Source: Octopus vulgaris (lineage: Eukaryota). From it: a stretch of DNA of 64,000 nt. Each line of letters starts with the position of its first letter. The first letter of the stretch is position 1. The stretch spans positions 34,720,001 through 34,784,000 of the forward strand of contig OX597817.1 in NCBI GenBank assembly GCA_951406725.2. Direction: 5' to 3'. The notes beneath the pieces were generated by a model. It was not told where the DNA came from. It ran no database searches and saw only the letters and a program-made list of their open reading frames with translations. Both the position numbers and the translations under genes were made by a program. This document shows positions 25,291-40,156 of the stretch, in pieces.

Positions 25291-27049
25291 ACTATACGCA
25301 CCTCAGGAAACGGTGATGTACCTGGTTGCGCAGTGGAAAGTCGCATTAAACTGTTGTAAAATACAACGATGGTGATGGTGGTTTCTGATTTAAGTACAAG
25401 GTCATCAGTTTTTCAAGGGAAGGGATTAGTCGATACTATCAACACCAGTGCTTGAGTGTGCTTTGTTTTATTGGCTACGGAGGGATGAAAACTAAATGTG
25501 AGCACGGCGAGATTTTAACTCAGAGTATAATGAATCAGAAGAAATACTGCAAGGCCCAACGCATTAACGAGTCTGTCTACTTGCCCCAAATGCCTATTCA
25601 TGCATAAAAAAAGAAAAGAAACGTGTTACATAAACGGTTTCTTCTTGGCCACAGCTAGTTTCTAGTCACTTGGGCGCTCGCCACTTGCTCGTACTGCACT
25701 AAGTATCAATGTCGTTATCAATGTTCTTTACCGTAACCATCGTAATTTTTCGTCTCATGTATTGGTAGATTAGTCTATAGGTAGATGTATGACTCACTAC
25801 CTTTCTCAGTTTTGAAAACCAGGCATATGATCGTGTAAATCTTACCCTATCCAAAGAAGAAGATATCGCTACACATATTAGACAAGGACACCTCCATCCG
25901 TTGCTTTGACGGCGTAAGGAAATTCCCTGAGCTTTTAGAGATGAAAATACATGTGACCTTTCTTCTTGTTCACACTTGGATGAATACCATTGGTAAAGAG
26001 GTGTTTCCTTAGTTACATATTTCTGTCACGCAAATCTTTTCATTTTTATTTTCTGTATGACTAGCAGCACAAGCGAAAGAAATACAGTTACACAAAATTC
26101 ACAAAATTCAATGTAGTTAGGTTGAATTTCTTTGTTTTGCAAAATGTATCTGCGATTTGTTGTTATATTTGTTATTGAGAGTATCGTTCAAATTGTTCAA
26201 ATTAATGTTTTCAACTTTTAAATTATCATTATTCTATTCATGTACAGTGTATTAGCCTTGCTGGTCTTTTTTTTTTTTGTTTTGTTTATTCTTCGTTTTC
26301 TGCAAGACAGTTATGTTATTGTCCCCAGTAACATAACTCCGAAAGCAACGAAATAGAGTCTATTTTACACATTGCTTCCATAATCCATCCTTCAAGCTCG
26401 TAACACAAATAAAGCACTTGTTGCTTTTTTAAAATTTTATCTATCGGCATTTGAATGTGTTATAGTGCAAATGTCTACTTTTACAAAGCAGTCGTTTGTG
26501 GAATTGGCATTTTTCTGTGCATATTTAAATGTCATTATTTTCCCTTTCTGTTTATCTTTTTTAAAGTTTGTATTGCTGCTTTCACAATCTTTTCCTTTGG
26601 GGTGTGTGATCAGTTCTATCATGTTTGTGTCTTTTATTAATCACAATTACACAAGCAGAAGCATGTTCCTTGGACAAACTATTTTCCCACCCCCATATAA
26701 ACATGCTCTACAAACGGAGACCACACATGCTCATCGTCGAGAAATCTCTGCATTCGTCGCATCCTTATCGCGTATCTGCTCATCGGTATCACGGCATTCC
26801 GAGTCTGCCTTCCAGAGGGCGCTAGTTTGGCCAGTGGAACGCATCCTTTCTGTGTGAAACGGAAGAGCAGACATTCCAATTTTTAACAGTCGGTAAACGA
26901 GGTGAGGTGCGACAATCAGGTGTTAAATTATGACAGAGGTGATGCAAGCATTCGCCATCATGCCTCAATCTTTCAGGGACGACTTCCTCAAGGGAAGCAA
27001 TAATAACAATAATGTTTTCATTGTTGTTTCATTTCTTTTGTTTGTTTTT

Positions 27050-27261
27050 TACTCTTTTACTTGTTTCAGTCATTTGACTGCGGCCATGCTGGAGCACCGC
27101 CTTTAGTCGAGAAAATCGACCCCAGGACTTATTCTTTGTAAGCCTAGTACTTATTCTATCGGTTTTTTTTTTGCCGAACTGCTAAGTTACAGGGACGTAA
27201 CACACCAGCATCGGTTATCAAGCGATGTTGGGGGGACAAACACAGACACACAAACGTATAT

Positions 27262-27327
<66 letters not shown>

Positions 27328-27489
27328 GACGGGCTTCTTTCAGTTTCCGTCTACCAAATCCACTCACAAGGCTTTGGTCGGCCCGAGGCCATATTAGAAG
27401 ACACTTACCCAAAGTACCACGCAGTGGGACTGAACCCAGAACCATGTGGTTGGTAAGCAAGCTACTTACCACATACCCACTCCTACGCC
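27050..27489 (-). mobile_element. SINE family B, full length
   Basis: Reverse complement of the 21565-22036 consensus. Confidence 0.88.
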
Positions 27490-27990
27490 CTTTTTTTCTT
27501 TTTGCTTTGTTTTGCTTTTTATTGCTTGCTTTCAATGTTTAACCGAGTAGCATTTAGTGTGTTTTACCTACTGCAAGCTAGAATCTCGGTTATGTATTTT
27601 TCTGCATCTCTTTCTGCCATTCTCAGTACTCCTGCCTATACTAGGATTGCCTCTGTTTTCAAATCCCACAGTCTGGTTTGTCTCTATGTCCAGGTCCTTA
27701 TATTTGGATAGTTTCTCTATTTCTTTCCCAAGCGTATTGTTGTTCGATGATGCATCGGTTAGAAGACATCCCTACTTAGTACATTAAAGCATAGATTATG
27801 AGACATTGTTACTTAGTTGGTCTTTGGCGATAATGTCAAGACGATTTGCTCTAATCACCTTGTCTGTGTTAATTAGCATTAAACTCTGATTCAATTACTT
27901 TTTTTTCTTTCAGTAGTCTTATTATTATTAACATTTATCCCAGGCTTCTTGTACCTGAATCTAACAATAGATATATCAACAAAAACATAT

Positions 27991-28051
<61 letters not shown>

Positions 28052-28323
28052 CGTGCGTGTGCATGCGCGCATGTGTGTTTGTTTCTCTCTGACTTCGTAG
28101 ATGATGAAAAAGAATAAGAAAAAGAGAAACTGAAATATGATATTTATTGATATATATATATAGATTCAGATGAACATGGTACTTAAGGTGAGGCACCAGA
28201 ATTTAGTACGGTATTATCCATACAATTTCAAAGTAAGGTGATTACAATCAAAATAAGCAACAAGGATATCCAAAGGTGTATGTATATATATATATATATT
28301 TTCATTCATTCATTCTTCTTCTT

Positions 28324-28419
<96 letters not shown>

Positions 28420-29018
28420 TTTCTTCAATATTATCTTTACTGTAATGTATTGAGTTTTAACCGAATCTGTAGCGCATCGGGCGAAGAACCTAACTTCATT
28501 TACACTCTTCGCTTTTCATTCTGATTGAATACTGCCAAAGATGAAAGCGTCAAAACTGTAAAATAATGGAAAGGGGACCTTCACCAGCACCAAATATAAA
28601 TAAAGAAATTCGAACTCCGTTGTTTAAGAAAGCTGGTCATTTGGCAACGTTATGCTTATTTGTCTTACTTTCTTCGCCGCCTGGTGAGAGATCGGGTGAT
28701 GACATGCCTCCATTTGGTTTTGTCTTTTACTGCTTATCTTGTTTCACTCCAGCTGATTACCATCTCCTTCAAGTCTTCCATGAACATCTTCCACCATGTC
28801 TTATGTGATCTTCCTCTCATATACCCTCCCATACTTCGTACCGTTGGTTGGTTCTATATTCTGACAGACGTAAAATGTGCCCTTGCAAATCTTCTGCTCT
28901 TGATGATGTTCTGTATACATCGATTACAATAGTGTACTAATAATTATTAGTGCAATATTGCCATTTCTCTCATAGAAAAGAAAGGCTATCAGACTTATAT
29001 GATACAGGAAGTTTTCAT

Positions 29019-30574
29019 CAGAGGCAGCTCATGTATAGGCACTGCGGAACTGCAGCACCCCCTATTTCCACGCGATATTATCGATAACATTCAATATAAT
29101 GAGCCCTTTTTTTCTTTAATTCTTTCTTTATAATTGTACGTTATATAATCCCTTAAGGTTAATGTCAGTAGCCATACCCTAGTTTATGAAAAAAGAAGTA
29201 CAAAAGTCCTTGTATAGAGCTGTGCGTTTCACAGTTCTAGGGACGCGGTGTTTGGTTGTTGAGCGCATGCTCACATGTCTGAGATAGGAAGTTCTACGCT
29301 AGGGAGAGAGAGCACTGTGGTTCACACTGTGCTGACCATGGTATGCTGATGGAAGGTAGTGTTTCTTTTTGACTCCGCGTGTGTTGTGCTTAAAAACGTG
29401 TTTATATTCTTGAATATGTAGGGATCTAGCTTGACCCTGCCTGAGATTTGAAACCAAATCCACCTGTTTGTTGCTTGTGAAAACGAGCTGGAAATCCTCT
29501 CCACACCAGATGATTGATGACGAAACACTCGACCACCTAGGACCTGTGCTGGGCAAGGAAAGGTCAGTCCTTTGTTTAGGGTTTGACCTACATTACTGAC
29601 CATAGTCTATATAACAGAGATAATTTCCTATCTCTTCTTCTTTTGGGTCAGTCAGACCAAGGAGCAACACGCGTGTGTTTGTGTGTGCGTGCGTACGTGG
29701 ATGCGTGTATGTAGTATAGAACTAGTCAGTACTGAAAGCAATACCATCTCAATTCCCTATGGAGAAATAAACTGGAGACAGACTTATGTGTGCGGGTGTG
29801 TTTAAGAGTATTGACACTTATCTCTGGCGACAAAATATCCAAGGTACTCAAGAAAAATGTGGTGCTGCAGAGTGTTTATAGGGCTCTTTTGGGTCAGTCA
29901 GACTAAGGAGCAACACGCTTTTTTGTGTCAGCCATAACCAAGGCCACCTTTATCCTGTCTTCCTTTCTAGTCAGCTGCGTGCATTCCTTACTCTTTCATT
30001 CTCTACTGACAGAAAAACCTTTTTCTACACTATCAACCAGCGAGCCAACCATGTTGTCACTGTCACTACAGTTACTACTGTATTTCTAACTACCTGTCGG
30101 GCAAACGAATAAATATATATAAATAATATTTCTTCCTTCTTGGTGTTGATTCTTCGATGTTTACTGGTACTCCAACGCGAGAACCTTCAAGCATTACATC
30201 TACACGCTACATTTAGTGGTGGGCTACATCAAATCGACCTGATATCCCATCTCACATCCAGCCCGCTACAAATATGATAAAATGTAGAATTAAATTATTA
30301 TCCTGCTTCCAACTACAGTGTTGCTGTCAGAATTTGAAAAATAGGGCAGATTTTCCCCCTTATTTTGTGATTTAGTGAGGATTTTTGAAGGGGGAATTCG
30401 CAGCGGTGTTCAGTGAACAAATTAAACACTACCCGGCAGTGGCTAAAACACGACCCGATCAAGTTTATGCATAATTTTTTTTTTATGTTTGTTTCCTTTT
30501 ACACATTATTAAAACAACGGCTCAAAATTTTCTGAAGCAGCATCCCCACTAATTTTATCTACGAGCCGCCACTG
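29019..30574. mobile_element. hAT-like non-autonomous element carrying a nested insertion
   Basis: Imperfect TIRs cagaggcagctcatgta / tctacgagccgccactg; 8-bp TSD gttttcat / gttttccc (6 of 8 match); subterminal gcagca.cccc at both ends. Confidence 0.6.
29211..30270 (+). mobile_element. Possible solo LTR nested in the hAT-like element
   Basis: GC-richer block ending ccgctaca, AATAAA near 30108, internal 32-bp direct repeat (29641, 29887). The 5' boundary and TSD are unresolved. Confidence 0.4.
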
Positions 30575-31051
30575 GTTTTCCCATATGTAGTTTTCACATA
30601 TGTAATACATAGAGTTCAAAAACTTAGATTAACCCTGATTAACCAAATAATTGGTTAACAAAAACTCGTTTAATGCTCAAGTTTAAAATCTAAAAGCAGA
30701 AAAAGATACAAGCAAGCGAGATAATTTCAAGATCAGTTTATCGGAATGTTTTCGACATTACAGAAAATACAGATTGAATTAAATCTGGTCTTTAAAGCTA
30801 ACCTGTGTATTTAATAAGCGGGTTTCGATCCTTTTTTAACTCTTCAGAGCAGAATATTCTTCTCGGTATTAAATATGATCTCTGTGTGTGTGTGTAAGGT
30901 AAGCTAATATAGGACATTTTGATTTAATATGGTATATTGTTTCTGAAAATACACTACGCAGGTGATATTTATGTCATAATATTGAGGGAATTTTATATAT
31001 CCATATTCCTTTCACCATGCCTTGTAGTGACGGGTTTGTTCCAGAATGTTA

Positions 31052-31269
31052 AGGCGGCGAGCTGGCAGAAACGTTAGCACGCCGGGCGAAATGCTTAGCG
31101 GTATTTCGTCTGCCGTTACGTTCTGAGTTCAAATTCCGCCGAGGTCGACCTTGCCTTTCTTCCTTTCAGGGTCGATTAAATAAGTACCAGTTACGCACTG
31201 GGGCCGATATAGTCGACTTAATCCGTTTATCCGTCCTTGTTTGTCCCCTTGTGGGCAGTGAAGAAATAA
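31052..31269 (+). mobile_element. SINE family A with TSD
   Basis: Consensus match, flanked by gtttgttccagaatgtt / gtttggtccagaatgtt. Confidence 0.88.
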
Positions 31270-31559
31270 GTGTTTGGTCCAGAATGTTGCTTCTACTGCT
31301 TCGTGTAAGCTTCTACCTATCCAAGTCCAGAGGTAGTATGTATACACATACTCATATTCACGTACGCGCGTGTGCATGTGTATGTGTACATATATAAATA
31401 TTTAACTTGCAGATATACTAGCTATACAATGACATACATTTATGATTATTCATTGTAGCCGTCCTGTAAATCATTACTGTTTTCGTTTTATATGTTCTTA
31501 TTTTAAATGCTCGAATTTCTTTAGAGAATGTTTTCCTTTTCTTTTTCTTTTTTCCTCTC

Positions 31560-31860
31560 ATTATAATTGATTTACTGCAATTTATACGATCGCATTCAAG
31601 GGTACGTAACAGGCCCTCTTGTGGATCGGAGAACGTATTGGGAATAATGGATAACTGCTTTCTTAAATTGCTCCCTGACACTCAATAGTTCCCTAGCCAC
31701 CTTTTCTTCTTTGAATATAAAGTCACTGTACTTATTGTGTACTATGTGGTTCTTCTTTTTAGGCTATTTCTACTGTTACATTCTGTAGAATCTAGATCTG
31801 TTACGTTCCACTCCAATACTACAGAACCATATGTTATGACTGACACAGTAATGCTTCAGA
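31560..31860 (-). pseudogene. Highly decayed R4/Dong-like non-LTR ORF fragment
   Basis: Minus-strand TVSVITYGSVVLEWNVTDL and a GGR-like remnant resembling post-RT motifs of REL-type elements. Confidence 0.4.
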
Positions 31861-31949
31861 TAGTATTTCTACTACGTAGATGAGATTTTGAATTTGTTTG
31901 TCTCTATCAAAATATTTGTTGTTATTTTTCTGAATACGTGGGTTGTAAA

Positions 31950-32797
31950 GTTGGAAGAATCGTTAGCACGCCGGACAAATTGCTTTGCGGTATTTTTTTC
32001 GGCTCATTACGTTCTAAGTTCAAGTTCCTCTGAGGTCGACTTTACCTTTCATCCTTTCGTGGTCGATAAAATAAGTACCAGTTGAGTTCTAGGTTCGATG
32101 TAATCGACTATCCTCTTCCCCCAAAATTTTAGACATTATACTCTTTACTCTTTTACTTGTTTCAGTCATTTGACTGCGGCCATGCTGGAGCACCGCCTTT
32201 AGTCGAGCACATCGACCCAAGAACTTATTCTTTGTAAGCCTAGTACTTATTCTATCGGTCTCTTTTTCCCGAACCGCTAAGTTACGGGGATTTAAACACA
32301 CTAGCATCGGTTATCAAGCGATGTTGGGGGGACAAACACAGACACAAACACACACACACATATATATACATATATACGACAGGCTTCTTTCAGTTTCCGT
32401 CTACCAAATCCACTCACAAGGCTTTGGTCGGCCCGAGGCTATAGTAGAAGACACTTGTCCAAGGTGCCACGCAGTGGGACTGAATCCGGAACCATGTAGT
32501 TGGTAAGCAAGCTACTTACCACACAGCCACTCCTGCGCCTAAAATAGAAGGGAATATTTTTCCGACCTGTTCGAGGCAGCTAGCTAGCAAAATCGTTAGC
32601 ACACCGCATAAAAATGCTTAGCATATTTTCTTCCAGCTCTTTATGTACCGAGTTCAAATTCTGCGAAATTGGACTTTGCTTTTGTTTTTTATCATTTTGA
32701 GGTCAATAAAATAAGTACCAGTTGAGTACTGGGCTCAATGCGATCGACCATTCCCTCTGCCAAAATTTCAAGCCTTGTGCCTGTAATTGAAAGAATT
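31950..32797. mobile_element. SINE cluster: A(+) 31950-32128, B(-) 32140-32540, A(+) 32573-32797
   Basis: Each segment matches other in-window copies. Confidence 0.82.
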
Positions 32798-34164
32798 ATC
32801 ATTGAGAATATGATGTCAATATTTCTATTTCATTTTCCGATTATGGAGAAGAATATTATCGTTCAGATTATTTCAATTAATTAAATTAATCCTCAAGTAA
32901 TCTCACTCACTGATGTTATCATTCATTCGTTCACGACATCTTACTCAATTTGCAGAATTACTTATAATTTTAACATGTTCGCCAATAATCGTTGTGTTGA
33001 AAGGATTAGGAGATAAGATTGTGATTTAACGATCATATTCATTAATACATTTGTTGGCAAGATAATTGCTGAGTATTAAAGTCTAAGGTTGACTTTCCTT
33101 ACGGTGGTCTCATAATAACTAAAAGCTTTAGCTGACATTCAGAGATAAGATTGAAATAACGTTAAATAGCCGTAGTCAGGCTTAACATAACAAGATTGTA
33201 ACATTTGTAATAAATGAATTAAATATATTATGAATAGGTTTATGACTCAAAGATCCAATGGATTCCTATGTTTTCAGCATAATATGCTATATTAGACCTA
33301 TTCCATCTTAGAAAATGTAAGTTTTTCCCCTAGAAGCTACGTAGATTGAAGTTACCACTGTCCTTCGATCGCATTGTTTTGTTTTAGAAACTGGAAACTT
33401 TCCATGGGTGTAGAATGATGTAAGATACCAATGAACGGAATTAGTAAAAGGGCTTTTCTTTTTTCTATTTTTATTCACAGTTTATTCAGGTTTGCTTTTA
33501 TTAATTCGTTTCATGGAGCACAGAATCAATATTATTCGCTTGAATCGACTGTAATATACTATCAGCTTATATTTTATCGATTTTAAAGAGGGAATAAACC
33601 GACCTCCACTCTATTTTAATTGTTAGAAATAATCTGCCGAACTAATAACATTTGTTTGCAGCTCTGCTCTCGTAGGTATCTTCCGTAACCCCGCTGTACT
33701 AATTTCCTATTCATACAAATATATAAGTTTTGGAAGCTGCGCTTGTGCTTGGGTAGCACCTTCATGAGTCTTAGTCGAGCATATCACCGCAGTACTTACA
33801 TAATTCTGGTACTTTTTAATTGATCTCTGTTCATTGAGGCTTACGCTCATAAGCATAGATAAAAACACACTCATTCACTCACACACATACAATCATACAT
33901 ACATACTTGCAGGTATATATATATAGTGATTGTCTACTCCTTATGCAGAGTCTGACCACTTCTTGTAATTACACCTTAGATCTATCATGGTGTCTGATGT
34001 AGCTTTTTAAACCAATGTTTTGAAAAGACACCCACATAAATCGCATATCTGATTAGGATCACCGAGAGCCGCAGCTAAGTTCTGATCTTTGTGGATCTTT
34101 TGAGGCTTCCGTTAGATTTGCAGGTCTTGTGGCATACAACGCATTGACAGGTGTGCACTGATAT

Positions 34165-34470
34165 CTAGGCAGAGTAGTCGGTGGAGATTCGTTTTTCATG
34201 GGTTTGCAAATGAGATTTGAGCCCAGCAAAAGAACGACACGGTCTGTCACACACTGTGCACACAAAAAGGTCACTGAGATTTACCCTCTCGTTAATCGCA
34301 ACATTCTTCTTTAAATTTCTTTTGAGTCTTACATGGGTCATCCAGGCCTCTTCAAAAGCTTTCACTCCACTCCAAACTTTTATTCGCCATCCAGCTCGAT
34401 CCGAAGCAAAGGTTTCTACGGCCTTTGGATCCATTCCAAGTGACTTCGTGTTAGTCCTTATGCAGTCATT
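34165..34470 (-). pseudogene. 3' end of an RTE-clade LINE ORF with a C2H2 finger
   Basis: ETFASDRAGWRIKVWSGVKAFE...FVCTVCDRPCRSFAGLKSHLQTH, typical of the RTE C-terminus. Confidence 0.8.
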
Positions 34471-36671
34471 TGTATTGATTCTGGTATGGTATTTATTTCA
34501 TTAACTGAATGGTATTTATGTTATCAGCTTCAGAGTAGTGAAAAGCACAGTTGGTCTCAGCAGGAGACTTAACCGGAACTGAGATGCGGACATAACTGAG
34601 TATTGTAAATGCATTTAGACCGGCACCTTGCTGTCTCAACCATTTCGCCTTCTTTGTAAATATAGTAGTATTCGTAACGTTTCATTCACAAACGAGCGTA
34701 ATTAACATTTATACGCTTGTTCTACCGTGAATGGCCATAATATTTATATTAGTGATGGTATGTTTTCATTGGTAGTCTGTGAACGATTTGTTTTCTTTGT
34801 GTTTTAATAGGAAGTAGTATCCTAGTGTGTATCGAGATATATATATCGATGTAAACTTTTGACACGTGTACAGTTGTCGTCATCATTATAATTGTGAATC
34901 TTATTACTGCAAACTGCATTACAAAAGAACAATGTGAAATGGGTATAAGTTCGCCATTTTACAAACGAGAAAGAGATGATATGAATTTCAAACATTTTCC
35001 AAGAATACGTACCCCTTAAAGAAAGTATAACTGGATTCAGTCTGAAACTGAAACTGAATTAAGTTCTCTGCTCGTGTTGTTTGCTTCTATATCAAAAAGT
35101 CGAATACCCAAAATCTCGAAAACATTGTACTTTTAAAACAGGAACTCCCAACAGCTGGAACTGTATTTTCGTATTTCAATATTCCGCGATAACTGTGTTT
35201 ATCTCTCTGTGGTACCACACGGAGATAATCACACCAGCGAGAGACCCTTTGTGTGGTCACTCGACATACTAAAAGCAACATTCAAACTTTCCTTTAGCCA
35301 CACGCTGTCATCTAAATGATACATGAAAGTCACGACTAGAACGCCTTTGTTAATAAGCCTGCACAATCAGGGCTGGCCTGGGGCAAAAATAACAGCAGAG
35401 ATATAATCACAATGCCGATCTGTTGTTCATATTTCTTTTACCGTACATTACTAATACTAAACATATTTATATGTGTATTTTCCTCTCGAATTTGTGCATT
35501 CTATCTGAATAGCGCAATATGAATATATGTTTATGTGTGCTTACGTGTGTGAAGTTTATGTGCGTAATGGTTTTTAGAGATTTGAGATAGTGTTATATTA
35601 TCAAAGACAACAACCACACAGCTGTTGGTCTAATGCTACCAGGATGTTATTTCTTATTCATATATCTTCCATTCATTTTCGTGGGTTTTCCATTTAATAT
35701 CTTCAATGAAGATTTATCCACACATACAATTAAAAGACATGGGAGCTTAGTAAGAAAGGATGCTTCGTCACATCGAGTTCAATTGGATGGTTTATTCGTT
35801 AGTTGACGGCTAGGTTTTATCATAAGATTATATGATTTTTATTAGGCGACGTTGGTCTGGTGATACGAGGCTTTCTTATACAATCATCTGACACCAATGT
35901 GTGAACATCTATGTAGCTGATGACCAGCTAAAAGTAGCAGCCAAATCTCCTTCGTATAACTCTCAACTGTCTTTAGAATAAAGGATACTGCACGTCGGAT
36001 AATGTATTCCTAGATTTACTGTCATGAAAATCTCGAGGTGATCACAACAGAAATGCATTTAATCATAGGTCTACTCGATCGGGACTGAACTGAGGTCAAG
36101 TACAGCAACTAATACCCGTTGTTTGTCACGGAGAGAATGTACAAGTTGCATCTATGTACAACATTTCAATACCTTCTGGACTGCATTTCAAGACGTTCTG
36201 AAGTGACAATTATGACACATTGTTACAACGTTGTATAATAGGCAACAAAGGATCACGAAAATGATGATGTAACAGATAAAATCATTATCTCAGTTTGTTC
36301 TAACGTTTAACTCAGTTATCTTCATAGTGTATTTCACGTGTATATCTCTGAAAGATTTCTAGGTTGTGTTTTGTTACTAATGAAGTTCTATAGCCTAATG
36401 AAGCTCTAGTTTCTGTGGAATTCTACAGAGAATGTCAGTTTTATAATCTACTGATTTTCAATCTAATTTTGTTTGACGTTCTCTAAATGCGATGAAGAGT
36501 TTATCAGTTATAACTTTATTCCCGTGATCCCTTCCACCATACTACAAAAGGCTGCAACAATATGTCACTACCGTAATGAGGTGGTTTTAAATTCATTGTT
36601 TCAAACTAAACATGGAAAAATCATTGATAAAAAAAATAAACTCGAATTCAGTAGTTTCTTTACTATGAGAT

Positions 36672-36672
36672 G

Positions 36673-36740
<68 letters not shown>

Positions 36741-36749
36741 CATCTATCC

Positions 36750-36791
<42 letters not shown>

Positions 36792-36819
36792 TTATCTATC
36801 CATCTACCTACCTACCTAC

Positions 36820-36858
<39 letters not shown>

Positions 36859-36860
36859 GA

Positions 36861-36890
<30 letters not shown>
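36672..36890. repeat. (TATC)n plus (TACA)n microsatellite
   Basis: Directly visible. Confidence 0.95.
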
Positions 36891-36891
<1 letters not shown>

Positions 36892-37689
36892 GCGCGCGCA
36901 TGTGTGTGTGTGTATGTACGAAATATACACAATGGTGAGAAAACCGATAAATCGATGCGTCAAACAAAAATGTCTTGTACAATTATTTCAACAGACACTT
37001 CTATTCACTGATGCCATCAGAAATACAGTGGCCCAGTGACTGGCTCATGTAAGTCTGCAACTAAAGACGTTTCTGTTCGCAAAATGCATGATAGAAAATT
37101 TATAATAAAATAAATAAGCTACGAATTCCATTTTTGAATTTGAAGAATTCATAGCAGCCAATATCTCTCTGTTTTCTGTAGTATTAAGCGGGTGTGAGAC
37201 AGAAAAGCAATATATAGGAATCTAATGCTCTTAGCTTAATTTTTTTCCTTCGGGCTGGCCAGATTGGAGCAACTCAAGATTAATCAGCCGAAATTGCGAG
37301 GATGATCCGGTTCTTGACTGAAGATCAAAGGCTGCGAATGACCCGTCCTTGTTCTTTTTTGTATCGTCTATCTGAATGTTTTGTTGTCCCTTTTTGTATC
37401 ACGTAGTTCTCCGGATGTTTTGCGTTCTTGTCGCAAACCTTGCATAAGCGCCTCCCTTTGTCTATGTACCATATTATTTTGTGGATGATTTTATTTTATC
37501 ATTTTTATATATTTCCTTTAATAGTGCCACCTTTGTCTTCTACCTTTGTCATAAATTTGACTTGTCATCTTATAATATAGATACTGCACTAGAATCACTG
37601 CAGTATATTGTGTTATACTTACCTATACTTATCCATTGCTATGATATAATATACAATATATCAATAATTAATTTTAAATATATATTTAT

Positions 37690-38619
37690 TTTCTACTCTA
37701 GGCACAAGGCCCGAAATTTTGGGGGAGGGGACCAATCGATTAGATCGACCCCAGTGCGTAACTGGTATTAACTTTATCGACCCCGAAAGGATGAATGGCA
37801 AAATCGACCTCGGTGGAATTTGAACTCAGAACATAAAGACAGACGAAATACCGCTAAGAATTTTTAAATATATATTACTATACCTATACTTAGTTATTGA
37901 TCTAATAAAATATATATCACTAATTGATATTAAACATAAGACGGTGAGCTGGCAGAATCGTTAGCACGCCGGACAAAATGCTTAGCAGCATTTCGTCCGT
38001 CCTTACGCCCTGAGTTCCAATGCCACCGAGGTTGACTTTGTCTTTCATCCTTTTGGGATCGATAAAATAGGTACCGGTCGAGTAATGGGGGTCGATGTAA
38101 TCGACTTGTCCCCCTCCCTCGAAATTACCGGCCTTGTGCCAAAATTTGAAATCAATATCAGACATATATTATGTTAGCGCCATATATTTACCCCCGTTAT
38201 ATGTATAGCTGACGAGTTAAGGCGGCGAGCTGGCAGAAACGTTAGCACGCCGGGCGAAATGCTTAGCGGTATTTCGTCTGCCGCTACGATTCTGAGTTCA
38301 AATTCTGCCAAGGTCGACATTCCCTTTCATCCTATCGGGGTCGATCAAATAAATACCAGTTACGCACTGGGGTCGATATAATCGACTTAATCTGTTTGTC
38401 TGTCCTTGTTTGTCCTCTCTGCGTTTAGCCCCTTGTGGGTAGTAAAGAAATAGGTATTTCGTCTGTCTTTACGACTTGAGTTCAAATTCCGCCGAGGTCG
38501 ACTTTGCCTTTCATCTTTTCGGGATCGATAAATTAAGTACCAGTTGCGTACTGGAGTCGATCTAATCGACTGGCCCCTTCCCCCAAAATTTCGGGCCTTG
38601 TGCTTAGTGTAGAAAAGAA
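37690..38619. mobile_element. SINE family A cluster: (-) 37690-37858, (+) 37939-38157, dimeric (+) 38219-38619
   Basis: Consensus matches. The last copy has a 14-bp TSD tatagctgacgagt (38204-38217, 38620-38633). Confidence 0.87.
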
Positions 38620-40068
38620 TATAGCTGACGAGTCGTGTAGAAAATTATTCTCAAATTTGCATTTTAGGAATACGCACCTTGTTCTGAGGACAAAGATACA
38701 ATCCTACTTCTGGTTGAATTATATTTCCACTTTGGCTTCACTATTTTCTGTTTTTTCGAATTATTCACGAGTTTCTCTTTTTTCATTTTATTTGCATTCC
38801 TTCTGTCACTGCGTAATTTATGTTCTTTTAGATTTTTCTATTTGCAAATAATATGCAGAAAACGTGGAAATAAAACAAAAGCAAAAAAAAAATTCTTCAA
38901 TCTATCAGTTCTTTTGTATTATTGGCAGAAACTCTCGCTGCTTTTCGAATGTTGACCAAACGACCCTTGTATACGATACAGGCTCTATAAAACTTCATTA
39001 TACCGATACGAAATGCCAGTGTTTGTCGGTTCACATCGATTATACTATTCACAATGTTCGGCTGTCGTCTGCTTAAACCAAGATGTCGAGAAATGAATTT
39101 CCCATAAATTATAAGATTTCTCTCTCTCCCTATCTCTCTCCCCCTTCCCTCTCTCTCTTTCTCTCTCTCGCTTGTTCTTTTCTTACAATTTTGACTTGTC
39201 GTACTTTGCTAACTTAGCTGCAGTTACTGTTGTTATAGTCTTATTTTTGCTGTTGTTATAGTCTTATTTTTACTGTTGTTCAGTAGCCATTGCGTCTTTT
39301 TTTACTGCTTTCCAGTTATTTCCACTTCATTTCTTTGCCCCTCACATTTTCATTTCTGTATTTCAAGGTTTTACATATGTGCTGCTCATTTCTTGATGTC
39401 ATTTTCTGTTGACAGATGATCAATTTAACATATCAATTCAACATATAGTCATCGTGTAACTTGTGATACTTCACAGAAGTGAACACATCCGCCGTTACAG
39501 CGGGGCTTCAAATTATTTGCAGATATTTTAGGAGAACTGAAACTTACTGGTAGATTTATGATTGAATATAATACTGAATTATTCTTTAAGGGTCAAGCAA
39601 AAAAATACCATCCGGAAAACGAATGAAGTATCTATAGAAATTCCAATGCACTTAAGACAATGTTACTCTGTTATTTACTTTTGTTGTCGGTTATAATTGA
39701 CAACCGTAGGTCAGCAGCGTTTGCATTATATTCTATGTAGGTATGTGTAGAGGATTCGGATATTCATTATCAGTATATTTCTCTGAAGAAAAATTCTTGG
39801 GAAAGGCATGGACGATACAAAATACTGCTTCTCTCATTCTTTTATTGAACAGAAAATGGACTGCAATTGATGAAAGATATGAGTGTATACGTGTATATGT
39901 GTATTCGTAGATGAATATATCATTAATTTTGTCTAGATTCTATGATTATATGAGAGGGTGGCTCTAGATTTGAATAAAAGAGATAAAACGGGCATTTTAA
40001 AAACGAACGTTAGGTATTTCCACATCTCTCTCACAAATTGCATTTCCATTTTCGGCTCACTTTTCTCT

Positions 40069-40156
<88 letters not shown>

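Noticed and set aside
30815-30856. Minus-strand CUGAAGA...GAAAC pair
   Set aside because: Stem II is weak, and there is no stem I pairing or UH site in register; probably chance or too decayed.
38204-38633. Repeated ctgacga boxes resembling hammerhead cores
   Set aside because: They are the two halves of a SINE target-site duplication and have no supporting stems.
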